Below are positions 17,389-26,265 of a DNA stretch of 64,000 nt, piece after piece. The notes beneath the pieces are model-generated. The model was given only the letters and a program-made list of their open reading frames with translations, was not told the origin of the DNA and ran no database searches. Source of the stretch: an uncultured Bacteroides sp. (GTDB taxonomy: Bacteria > Bacteroidota > Bacteroidia > Bacteroidales > Muribaculaceae); assembly GCA_964487725.1 (NCBI GenBank), contig CAZASF010000004.1, positions 9,907-73,906 on the forward strand, written 5' to 3'. Both the position numbers and the translations under genes were made by a program. How positions within the stretch are numbered: position 1 is the stretch's first letter; each line of letters opens with the position of its first letter.

Positions 17389-19740
17389 TCAGCGGAAAAA
17401 TGACGGGGCAGGCAGATATAATCCTAATGTGAGACCGAAATTCCAGTGGCAGTCATGGGCTGTGGTGTAATGAGTATAGGCTGTGACTGACGCGAATTTC
17501 ATCTGGATAACACCTCTTAATTCACCAAAAAACTCCGGATCGTGCCATGGGCGCCCGTAGACGGCTTCTCCGGCAGCGCCTCGCTTCACGGCTCTGTAGG
17601 GCATGTAACCTTCCAATCGTCCTCTTATCTGGAGAAATTGGCTGAGTTTCAACACGGGTTCTATCCCGATGACTCCGAAGTGGCGTGCGCGGAAAGCTCC
17701 TGTCAGTATGTTGCTCATGTCGGCCGATGGGACGTAGGCCGGAAGAATGGCGAGGGTCGCCAGATAAGATGGCGGCAACATCTTGTCGGTAGTGGCGGCA
17801 GCCAACAGTTTTGTGCCGAGAACCAACTTGGGATTCAGCTTAAAATAGTGTAACAGTGACATGTCAAAGCGGCCCCATTCCCGATGGCGGCGGTAAAATG
17901 TTTCCTCCGAATCGGTCTCGTCCAGCTCTTTGAGCCGATATGTGCCTATGTCGGCTTGTAGTGTAGCCTTGTAGTCATGTCCGGCGGTGGGGTAGTTATG
18001 GTTGTCGAGAGTGGTGTGTTCATATCGAAGTATGGCTTCAAATAGTGTCCTGCGCAAACGAGCGTAGTACTGATAGCCATTCTCTACAGATGGATGCGGA
18101 GTCTTATCTTCGACGTGTCCTGCTCCAAAGGCCAGTTCGGCTTTCCCCTTGCGCCCTGCAGCCATGCCGTATGTTATTCTTCCGAAGTATTGCTCTGTGG
18201 AGAGCACTGTGGCATCGGCCGATTGGAAGAAATAACGGTCGCGCGGATTGTAGTTCTGTCGCGAAGCCACGGCTTGTAATCCTATTGCCGATGGATTGTC
18301 GCGCATCAACTGAAATTGCATGTTGGCGCATGCCGCAAGATAGCTCTGCCCTATCCATCCGCTCAGGCGCAGGTCGAGTGAATTGAAATCCAGTGTGCGG
18401 AATCCGCCGGACAGATACAACATAGAATTGGATGATGTTGTCAGAAAACCTCCGAGCGCCACATTGTAGTCATTTTTCACATTGGCTTTAAGGCGGAGGT
18501 CAAACAGGCCATAGGTGGTATCATATTGCGCGTGAGGAGTGAGGTTGATGAGTTTTCCGGGAGTGACGGCCCTGTAATAACCGTCGCGGATGTGGCTAAG
18601 ACCAATAGTGTCGGGTTGATGTCGGGTGAAAAGTGAGCGGATGTATCGGTTCTGCGATGGTTTGCCACCAACCACTTCCACCTCATCGAAATTCAGCTCC
18701 GGAAGCCCCGCCTTGAATGCTTTGCGCCTGGCAGCAACGGACTCAGGAGTGGTGCGTTGAGGTATGCGTGCTTTTATGGAATCCATCATTGACATGGCGT
18801 GGTCATAGCCTATCTTATAAATTTCCGGAGCCTTGGCAAAATCCAACAGAGCGAATTGGTCAAGGTCAAGTTTTATTCTCATACCAGCCGCTTGTGGTAC
18901 CTGATAGTCACTGCGTTGCATAATGAGTGCCTCCAGCTGATCCATCATGTTGGCATCCGGCTCATCAGGGGAGTTTCCACTGCTTACATCCACGCCTATC
19001 ATTACCTCCGGATTGAATTCCGACAGCATTACGTCAACCGGGAAATTGTCGTAGATTCCGCCATCATACATTGGACGTCCGTCAATCTCCGTGGGGTGAA
19101 ACACCAGCGGAAAGCTCATGGAGGCGCGGATGCAGTCGCCGAGGTCGCCCTGCGAGAAAATGGCTTTCCGTTTGCGATTGACATCGGAGGCTACGCATCG
19201 GTAGGGCACCATCAGTTGGTTGAAGTCGCCGCCGCAACGCGCGGTGTAAGGAGCAAACAGCTCCATGAAGGCGAAATTCATGGCTATGGGGTTGATAAGA
19301 GAGGTGGGAAGGTCGGGGCCTCCGTCGTTGCCGCTCCGTCCCTTACCGAGCGATAGATTGAAAAGGGCAGGGGTGTCCTCCTGCTCAAGGAAATAATATG
19401 TGTACTGAGGGTCAAGAACTCCGGCTGACCAATATTGAAATCCTTCCGATTCTATTAATGCCAGCATTTCTTCAGGACTGTAGCCCATGGCATAAAGTCC
19501 GCCAACAATTGCTCCCATCGAGGTCCCGGTTATGCAATCGATAGGTATGCCGTTATCCTCAAGGGCTTTAATCACTCCTATGTGGGCAATTCCTTTGGCG
19601 CCGCCGCCGCTAAGGGTGAGACCGACAGCTTCGGGCATAGGGTGGGGTGACCCATTGGTGGAAACGGTGTCAGCTGGATTTGATGCCATCAACGCTGTAG
19701 AGGCAATAATGGCTATGGCCAAAGTGATGAATTGTCTCAT
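17389..19740 (-). CDS. Patatin-like phospholipase with POTRA-like segment and C-terminal beta-barrel (PlpD-like)
   Basis: Probable start MRQFITL at 19740 with signal peptide; GGGAKG, GTSMG and DGG patatin motifs; amphipathic beta-strand C-terminal half. Confidence 0.85.
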   Translation of the reverse strand: MRQFITLAIAIIASTALMASNPADTVSTNGSPHPMPEAVGLTLSGGGAKGIAHIGVIKALEDNGIPIDCITGTSMGAIVGGLYAMGYSPEEMLALIESEGFQYWSAGVLDPQYTYYFLEQEDTPALFNLSLGKGRSGNDGGPDLPTSLINPIAMNFAFMELFAPYTARCGGDFNQLMVPYRCVASDVNRKRKAIFSQGDLGDCIRASMSFPLVFHPTEIDGRPMYDGGIYDNFPVDVMLSEFNPEVMIGVDVSSGNSPDEPDANMMDQLEALIMQRSDYQVPQAAGMRIKLDLDQFALLDFAKAPEIYKIGYDHAMSMMDSIKARIPQRTTPESVAARRKAFKAGLPELNFDEVEVVGGKPSQNRYIRSLFTRHQPDTIGLSHIRDGYYRAVTPGKLINLTPHAQYDTTYGLFDLRLKANVKNDYNVALGGFLTTSSNSMLYLSGGFRTLDFNSLDLRLSGWIGQSYLAACANMQFQLMRDNPSAIGLQAVASRQNYNPRDRYFFQSADATVLSTEQYFGRITYGMAAGRKGKAELAFGAGHVEDKTPHPSVENGYQYYARLRRTLFEAILRYEHTTLDNHNYPTAGHDYKATLQADIGTYRLKELDETDSEETFYRRHREWGRFDMSLLHYFKLNPKLVLGTKLLAAATTDKMLPPSYLATLAILPAYVPSADMSNILTGAFRARHFGVIGIEPVLKLSQFLQIRGRLEGYMPYRAVKRGAAGEAVYGRPWHDPEFFGELRGVIQMKFASVTAYTHYTTAHDCHWNFGLTLGLYLPAPSFFR

Positions 19741-19821
19741 AATAAAGTGAACAGTAAATATTTTGTTATAACCAAGCATACTCTTAACACTGCCGCGCTT
19801 TATTATGTTGAGGATTTGTTG

Positions 19822-19829
19822 TAATTTTG
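19822..19829 (+). promoter_or_regulatory. -7 promoter element of the Lrp-led operon
   Basis: TAATTTTG 32 nt upstream of the ATG at 19862. Confidence 0.6.
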
Positions 19830-19861
19830 TGGTTGAAACCATAATATATTCTAACCCTGAA

Positions 19862-20335
19862 ATGACACAATACCAGTTAGACAGTCTTGACAAGAAGATT
19901 CTGGAGATGTTATCGGACAACGCCAGGATTCCGTTTCTTGAGATAGCACGCGAGAGCAACGTGTCGGGAGCCGCTGTCCATCAGCGCATTCAGAAGTTGA
20001 CATCGGCCGGTGTGATAAAGGGTTTCGCCACTCATATCAATCCCGCTGCTCTTGGCTACGACACATGCGCATATATAGGATTCTTTCTGTCCAATCCGGC
20101 AGACTCAAAGCGCGTCACCGAGTCGTTGTATCAGATTCCCGAGGTTGTGGAGGTACACTATGCCACGGGCAAGTATGACCTGCTCGTGAAGTTGTATGCC
20201 CGCAACAACTCCCATCTGCTCCAGCTCATTCATGACCGCTTGCAGCCGCTTGGCGCCGGACGAACCGAGACCCTCATCTCATTCAAGGAGGAGTTCAGCC
20301 GGCCGATTCCCATCAATGAACCTTGCCAGAACTGA
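19862..20335 (+). CDS. Lrp/AsnC family transcriptional regulator
   Basis: LDKKILEMLSDNARIPFLEIAR HTH; IPEVVEVHYATGKYD RAM domain. Confidence 0.93.
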   Translation: MTQYQLDSLDKKILEMLSDNARIPFLEIARESNVSGAAVHQRIQKLTSAGVIKGFATHINPAALGYDTCAYIGFFLSNPADSKRVTESLYQIPEVVEVHYATGKYDLLVKLYARNNSHLLQLIHDRLQPLGAGRTETLISFKEEFSRPIPINEPCQN

Positions 20336-20336
20336 T

Positions 20337-21104
20337 ATGGATTACCATAAAATTCTCGATGCGGCAATTGACATGGCCCGCATGGCTGGTGATGTGCAGC
20401 TCGGGTATTTCCGCACCGGGCATCTCCGTGTTGACACCAAGCTTAACGAAAGCGACATTGTGACCGAGGCTGACCGCGCATCCGAGGCTGTCATCCTTAA
20501 ATATCTCCGCGAATATTTCCCCGAACACTCAGTGCTGTCGGAAGAGTCCGGTCTGTCGGGCGGGGATTCTGAATTCCAGTGGGTCATCGATCCCCTTGAC
20601 GGGACAACCAATTTCCGGTCCGGATTGCCTAACTTCAGCGTCTCAATTGGCGTAAGGCATTGCGGCGAGACCGTGGTCGGTGTTGTATTCGCCCCTTATC
20701 TCCGCGAACTTTTCTGTGCCGTAAAGGGCGAAGGTGCCACCCTCAACGGTCACCCAATCCGCTGTTCGGCCATCCCATCGCTCGAACGGGCTGTCCTTGC
20801 AACCGGATTCCCGGTTGACAAGAATGTGAACCCCGATAATAATCTTGACAATGTGGGCCGGTTGCTGCCTAAAATCCGCGGGCTGCGCAGGCTCGGCTCC
20901 GCTGCTATTGATATCTGCTATACCGCCGCCGGATTCCTTGAGGGTTATTGGGAGATGAACCTGCACGAATGGGACGTGTGTGCAGGATTGCTCATAGCTT
21001 CCGAAGCCGGATGCCTTCACAGCCGTTTCCGTCCGGATCGCAATGTGTGTGCCGTTGTCGCTGCGCCGCAGCTGTTTCCTTTGATAGAAAGTGAATTGAG
21101 ATGA
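20337..21104 (+). CDS. suhB: Inositol monophosphatase family protein
   Basis: [26 protein letters not shown]; ATG at 20337. Confidence 0.9.
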   Translation: MDYHKILDAAIDMARMAGDVQLGYFRTGHLRVDTKLNESDIVTEADRASEAVILKYLREYFPEHSVLSEESGLSGGDSEFQWVIDPLDGTTNFRSGLPNFSVSIGVRHCGETVVGVVFAPYLRELFCAVKGEGATLNGHPIRCSAIPSLERAVLATGFPVDKNVNPDNNLDNVGRLLPKIRGLRRLGSAAIDICYTAAGFLEGYWEMNLHEWDVCAGLLIASEAGCLHSRFRPDRNVCAVVAAPQLFPLIESELR

Positions 21105-22423
21105 ACCCATGTCCTGAAACAAATCAGCCGGTCATAACCGCCGGCCTGTGCTCCACATCCGCCTTGCGTTCCATAGTTGCCGAGGCTGCCACTCCTTACC
21201 TGTTGATTTCGGTAGATTCCCGTGTGGAGGCTGACATGCCGGCTCAAGGGATTGCCCGCATGGCTGAGATTGCTGATGACAGCAAGGCCTCCATGGTATA
21301 TTCCGACTACCGGTCTCCGGAAGGGATTTGTCCCCTTAACGATTACCTTGAAGGATCGGTACGTGATGATTTTGAATTCGGTCCGCTCGTAATGGTTCGC
21401 ACGGAGGCTCTTGCCGCGGTTGTTGACGACATGCCGGACTACGATTATGCCGCATGGTATGCTGCGCGTCTTGCTCTGAGTTGCAGCGGCGGCATTGTCC
21501 ACATTCCGGAGCCGTTATACTCGGTGGCTGCAGAGTCCAATGGCGTGTCACAGTTTGACTATGTGAATCCCCGCAACCGGGAAGTGCAGATAGAGATGGA
21601 GCGCGCTTTCACCGCTTATCTCGATGCAATAGGAGCATTGGTGCGTCCGCCATTTGCCAAGGTTGATTTTTCCGGTCAGTATCCGGCGGAGGCATCGGTT
21701 ATAATCCCCGTAAAGGACCGGGTGTCAACGATTGGCGATGCAGTCCGTAGCGCGCTCGCTCAAAAAGCCTCGTTTGATTTTAATGTGATTGTGGTTGACA
21801 ACCATTCTACCGACGGTACCACTGCTGTGCTGGACTCGTTGGCGGCTACTGACCGGCGGCTCATACATATAATTCCTGAATCAACAGGCCTCGGCATAGG
21901 AGGCTGTTGGAACGAAGCCATAATGTCGGAGAGCTGCGGAAGGTTCGCCGTACAACTTGACAGTGACGATATATATTCAACGCCCGATGTTTTGGAGACA
22001 ATCGTAGGCCGGTTCCGGGCTGATGGGTGCGCTATGGTTATCGGCTCCTATCGCCTGACCGATTTTGAGCTCAACACAATTCCTCCGGGGGTGATTGATC
22101 ACCGCGAGTGGACTGACGACAACGGCCCAAACAACGCATTGCGCATCAACGGACTCGGAGCGCCACGTGCTTTCTTCACCGGCATAGCCCGCCGCATCAT
22201 GTTCCCTGATGTGAGCTACGGCGAGGACTATGCAATGGCCCTGCGCATTTCGCGTAGTTATCGCATTAGCCGTATATATGATGTTGTCTACCTCTGCCGC
22301 CGGTGGTCGGGTAACTCCGATGCCTCGCTTTCGCATGATAAGGCCAACCGTTTCAACCATTATAAAGACTCACTGCGCACGTGGGAAATCCGTGCACGCA
22401 AACAGCTTAACGGCGATGATTGA
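21101..22423 (+). CDS. Glycosyltransferase family 2 with degenerate N-terminal GT-A domain
   Basis: [27 protein letters not shown]. Confidence 0.9.
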   Translation: MNPCPETNQPVITAGLCSTSALRSIVAEAATPYLLISVDSRVEADMPAQGIARMAEIADDSKASMVYSDYRSPEGICPLNDYLEGSVRDDFEFGPLVMVRTEALAAVVDDMPDYDYAAWYAARLALSCSGGIVHIPEPLYSVAAESNGVSQFDYVNPRNREVQIEMERAFTAYLDAIGALVRPPFAKVDFSGQYPAEASVIIPVKDRVSTIGDAVRSALAQKASFDFNVIVVDNHSTDGTTAVLDSLAATDRRLIHIIPESTGLGIGGCWNEAIMSESCGRFAVQLDSDDIYSTPDVLETIVGRFRADGCAMVIGSYRLTDFELNTIPPGVIDHREWTDDNGPNNALRINGLGAPRAFFTGIARRIMFPDVSYGEDYAMALRISRSYRISRIYDVVYLCRRWSGNSDASLSHDKANRFNHYKDSLRTWEIRARKQLNGDD

Positions 22424-24482
22424 CGTTGAAAATCTGTACCGATGCCAAATGGAACAGTGGCCCCATGCGCGCCGCAATTATGAGGCTCTTGATAACTGTG
22501 AGTGCTTGACAATCAATTTGAAAGGCGTTGACGTGAAAGTGCGTTACAATCCTGCACGAATCCGTTCGTCGGCGGCCAATATTTCGAAGGATGCAATCAG
22601 TAAGCGCCCATGCTTCCTGTGCTCGACCAATCGCCCGTCAGAGCAGATAGCTCTTGACTGCGGTGAATATGAGGTGCTCGTCAATCCATTTCCCGTGTTT
22701 CGGCGCCATCTTACAATTCCTTCGAAATCCCATTCCCCGCAGCGCATTGCCGGACGTGTTGCCGACATGCTCGGCATTGCCGGCGAATTGCCCGGTATGA
22801 CCGTGTTTTACAACGGGCCTCGCAGTGGAGCCTCAGCTCCTGACCATTTCCATTTTCAGGCAATTCCTTCGGAGGAACTTCCATTGTGGGAAGCTCCTGA
22901 GCAATGGCCGCTGTGTCATACTATAGTTGTGGCCGGTGCAGATAAGGCGGATGTGGCCCGCCGGGTGGAGGGCGCGCTACTCAATTTGAAACGGGGTGAG
23001 GAGCCGGATGTCAATATCTATGCCCGTCAGATTGATGGGGCGTATCAGGCTGTTATTATTCCGCGAGCGGCTCATCGCCCGTCGTGCTACGGAACCGGTG
23101 CGGGGCAGATCCTGATTTCCCCTGCATCGGTTGAAATGGCCGGAGTCATAGTGGCTCCCCGCAGTGAGGATATGGAATATTGTTCCTCGCCGCAACACCT
23201 TATTAATATATATAACGAATGCGGCCTGCCTCGGACTTCTTCGGGATTTACGGCCGAAAGGGTGTTGTCTGTTGGTGTGGTTCGAGCGGAGGAGATTATA
23301 GTTGACTTTCAAGGAGGGTATATTTTCCCGCCAGCACTTCGCGATGCCATGTCAGTGAAATTCCGGGCTTTGCCTGATGGGAGTGTGGACTGTAACGGCA
23401 CGACGCTTCAATCGCCGGTCGTAATCCGCGCATGTTCGCCTGAGTCTTCATTTACACTGCATGACGTGATGATAGGCATTGGGTTCCATTGGCAGCAGCA
23501 TGAGGACCAGTCGTTCCATGGCGACCTTGAAATTCGCTCTAATGGTGGCATGTTGCAGGCCGTAAACCATGTTCCGCTCGAAACGTATCTCCGCAGCGTG
23601 GTTTCATCGGAAATGAATGCCAATGCTCCCGAGGAGTTCCTGAAGGCTCATGCCGTTATATCCCGCAGCTGGGTACTCGCACAAGTGGAGCCGCCCCTAA
23701 ATCTGTCTCCCTGTCCGCCATGCGGCGATGGGGATGAATTGGTGAAATGGTATGACCATGATGCTCATAAGGATTTCGATGTGTGTGCCGATGACCATTG
23801 CCAGCGTTACCAAGGCTGCACAAAGGCCTCCACTCCGCAGGTTGAAGCCGCATTGCAGGCCACCCGCGGACAGGTGCTTGCTTTCGAGGAGAACCTGTGT
23901 GACGCCCGATTCTCCAAGTGCTGCGGAGGGGTTACGGAGCTGTTTTCCACATGCTGGCAGGAGGTTGACCCTCCATATTTGGCCTCGTTTGCCGACCCGT
24001 ATTGCGGACGTGCCACAGATGAAGTGCTCTCCACCGTGCTCAATAATTACGACCAATCCACGGCTGACTATTATCGTTGGACCGTAACTTACACAGCCTC
24101 TGAACTTGCCGGGATTCTGCGCAGTCGCACAGGACTCGACTTTGGCCTCGTAACGGCCATTGAGCCGCTCCACCGCGGACCATCGGGGCGTATTGACCGG
24201 CTTCGTATCACCGGCACCAAACTCAGCCGCGTCATTGGCAAAGAGCTTGAAATCCGCCGGTCGCTCTCGCCTTCACATCTCTATAGTTCCGCTTTTACGG
24301 TTGAGGCCTCTGCACCCGATGCGACGGGCATTCCTGCAGGATGGACTTTTCGTGGCAGCGGATGGGGGCATGGCGTGGGCCTTTGTCAGATAGGAGCCGC
24401 GGTAATGGCTGCCGAGGGGCATTCCTACGAAGAAATCCTGCGGTTCTACTTCCCCGGTTCACGACTTGTTACCCTATATTAA
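22416..24482 (+). CDS. DUF4922 (HIT-like phosphorylase fold) fused to SpoIID/LytB lytic transglycosylase domain
   Basis: ATG at 22416; [12 protein letters not shown] and [11 protein letters not shown], then [34 protein letters not shown]. Confidence 0.82.
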   Translation: MIDVENLYRCQMEQWPHARRNYEALDNCECLTINLKGVDVKVRYNPARIRSSAANISKDAISKRPCFLCSTNRPSEQIALDCGEYEVLVNPFPVFRRHLTIPSKSHSPQRIAGRVADMLGIAGELPGMTVFYNGPRSGASAPDHFHFQAIPSEELPLWEAPEQWPLCHTIVVAGADKADVARRVEGALLNLKRGEEPDVNIYARQIDGAYQAVIIPRAAHRPSCYGTGAGQILISPASVEMAGVIVAPRSEDMEYCSSPQHLINIYNECGLPRTSSGFTAERVLSVGVVRAEEIIVDFQGGYIFPPALRDAMSVKFRALPDGSVDCNGTTLQSPVVIRACSPESSFTLHDVMIGIGFHWQQHEDQSFHGDLEIRSNGGMLQAVNHVPLETYLRSVVSSEMNANAPEEFLKAHAVISRSWVLAQVEPPLNLSPCPPCGDGDELVKWYDHDAHKDFDVCADDHCQRYQGCTKASTPQVEAALQATRGQVLAFEENLCDARFSKCCGGVTELFSTCWQEVDPPYLASFADPYCGRATDEVLSTVLNNYDQSTADYYRWTVTYTASELAGILRSRTGLDFGLVTAIEPLHRGPSGRIDRLRITGTKLSRVIGKELEIRRSLSPSHLYSSAFTVEASAPDATGIPAGWTFRGSGWGHGVGLCQIGAAVMAAEGHSYEEILRFYFPGSRLVTLY

Positions 24483-25729
24483 TGGAACGCAGTATTAAAA
24501 AAGGATGGCTGTGGGTCCCCTCGCTTTATTTTGCCGAGGGATTCCCATACGTTGTGGTGATGACCATAGCCGGAATTATGTACACCCGTATGGGTGTCAG
24601 CAATGCCGAGATGGCGTTTTACACCTCTTGGCTCATGCTCCCGTGGCTCATCAAGCCGCTCTGGAGCCCGATTGTCGACGTAATTTCAACCAAGCGGCGA
24701 TGGGTTTTGGCTATGCAGTGGTTGCTCGCGCTCTCACTTGCCTGTGTGGCTTTCGTGCTGCCCGGTTCAAGTTGGTTCCGCTTCTCAATGGCATCATTCT
24801 TTGCAATAGCCTTTCTTTCAGCAACCCACGATATAGCTGCCGATGGCTATTATATGCTCGGACTGGACTCTGCCGGGCAATCATTTTTCGTGGGAATACG
24901 CACCACATTCTATCGCGCTGCCATGCTGTTCTGTCAGGGACCGGTGGTCATGATTGCCGGGTATCTGGAGGAGTCATCCGAATCTGTCAGTGCGGCATGG
25001 ACATGGACTTTCTATGGCATGTCGGCCCTATTTCTGCTGCTTGCGCTGCTCAATTCGTTTGCCATGCCCCGAGTGGAACGCGCTGCTCAATCCACCCGGA
25101 TTTCCGATGTTGTCCGTGAGTTCGGCGGCTCGTTCGCTGCGTTTTTCCGTAAGAGCCACATCCTTGTAGCGCTGCTGTTCATGATTTTGTACAAACTGCC
25201 GGAGGCTCAGATCATAAAGATGATCAATCCATTCCTGCTGCATCCGCAGGAGGCCGGAGGACTCGGGCTTACCACCCGCGAGGTGGGAGTTGTCTACGGG
25301 ACTGTCGGGGTCATAGGGCTTCTTCTCGGCGGAATCATAGGCGGAATCGTGGCATCGCGCGGCGGCCTGCGGCGCTGGCTCATGCCTATGGCGTGGAGCA
25401 TGTCATTGACGTGTCTTACGTTTGTTTTTCTTGTCTATTCATCTGTGTCATCGCTGCCGGTCATCTCAGTCTGTGTTTTCATAGAGCAATTCGGCTATGG
25501 ATTCGGCGGAACAGCCTATATTCTATATCTGATACATTTTTCCACCGGACGATTCCGGACATCGCACTACGCTCTATGCACCGGCTTCATGACGCTCGGC
25601 ACCATGCTGCCCGGCATGGCCGCCGGATGGATTGAGGAGCAGCTTGGCTACGGGCCGTTCTTCGTATGGACAATGGCGTGCTGCGCCGTGACAATAGCCG
25701 TCTCGCTGATCGCCCGCAGAAGCCTATAA
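24482..25729 (+). CDS. MFS transporter, AmpG-like muropeptide permease
   Basis: LYFAEGFPY, PWLIKPLWSPIVD, SATHDIAADG; start overlaps the previous stop (TAATG). Confidence 0.85.
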   Translation: MERSIKKGWLWVPSLYFAEGFPYVVVMTIAGIMYTRMGVSNAEMAFYTSWLMLPWLIKPLWSPIVDVISTKRRWVLAMQWLLALSLACVAFVLPGSSWFRFSMASFFAIAFLSATHDIAADGYYMLGLDSAGQSFFVGIRTTFYRAAMLFCQGPVVMIAGYLEESSESVSAAWTWTFYGMSALFLLLALLNSFAMPRVERAAQSTRISDVVREFGGSFAAFFRKSHILVALLFMILYKLPEAQIIKMINPFLLHPQEAGGLGLTTREVGVVYGTVGVIGLLLGGIIGGIVASRGGLRRWLMPMAWSMSLTCLTFVFLVYSSVSSLPVISVCVFIEQFGYGFGGTAYILYLIHFSTGRFRTSHYALCTGFMTLGTMLPGMAAGWIEEQLGYGPFFVWTMACCAVTIAVSLIARRSL

Positions 25730-25835
25730 ACAGCCTTTCATTTGTCTTGATGTCTACGCGCCTTGGTAACTCATGCCTAATGGGACAGCTGAGGGGATCT
25801 GTCACCTCGGAATGGACATGCTCTCGCTAATAATA

Positions 25836-25870
25836 GGGCCGGCTTCTCTGAAAAATAGAGAGGCCGGCCC
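25836..25870. terminator. Strong hairpin after the AmpG-like gene
   Basis: gggccggcttctct-gaaaaat-agagaggccggccc; no T tail on the + strand. Confidence 0.55.
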
Positions 25871-26145
25871 CGGCGAGAAGATAGAGAAGAATGAGTCATA
25901 GGGGTGTGTTAAAAATCGTGCACACTCCTATTCATATAACCCCATTTCTCTCGCCTTTGTTCCGCAAAAGACGTTGATAGTTGTTGCATTATTCCCTGTT
26001 TGTCTACTAACCATTTATTCGGTAGACGTGCCCAGGGAGAAAAAGGTTACAGCTTAGGATAATTTAGCGGGGCTTTTAACGCTTGTTAAAGCAAAAGTTA
26101 ACAAATTTTTAGGGGGGGGTAAATTGTTTTAATCAAATTTTATTG

Positions 26146-26153
26146 TAAATTTG
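26146..26153 (+). promoter_or_regulatory. -7 promoter element of susC
   Basis: TAAATTTG followed by CA; ATTG 19 nt upstream; G8 tract immediately 5' of it. Confidence 0.65.
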
Positions 26154-26265
26154 CACAAAATACGTTAAACACCCTTTACGTATCGACCTTGATCATTACC
26201 AATGACTTTCATTAAGTAGAATAATTCAATTAACTACTAACCAATAAATTACAAAAAAAACAATC

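Noticed and set aside
19741-19959. N-terminal extension of the patatin ORF (856 aa), and similar extensions at 20196, 22230, 24341, 14751, 37919, 59123 and 6290
   Set aside because: They overlap neighbouring genes or promoters; downstream ATGs give proper signal peptides, operon coupling or promoter spacing
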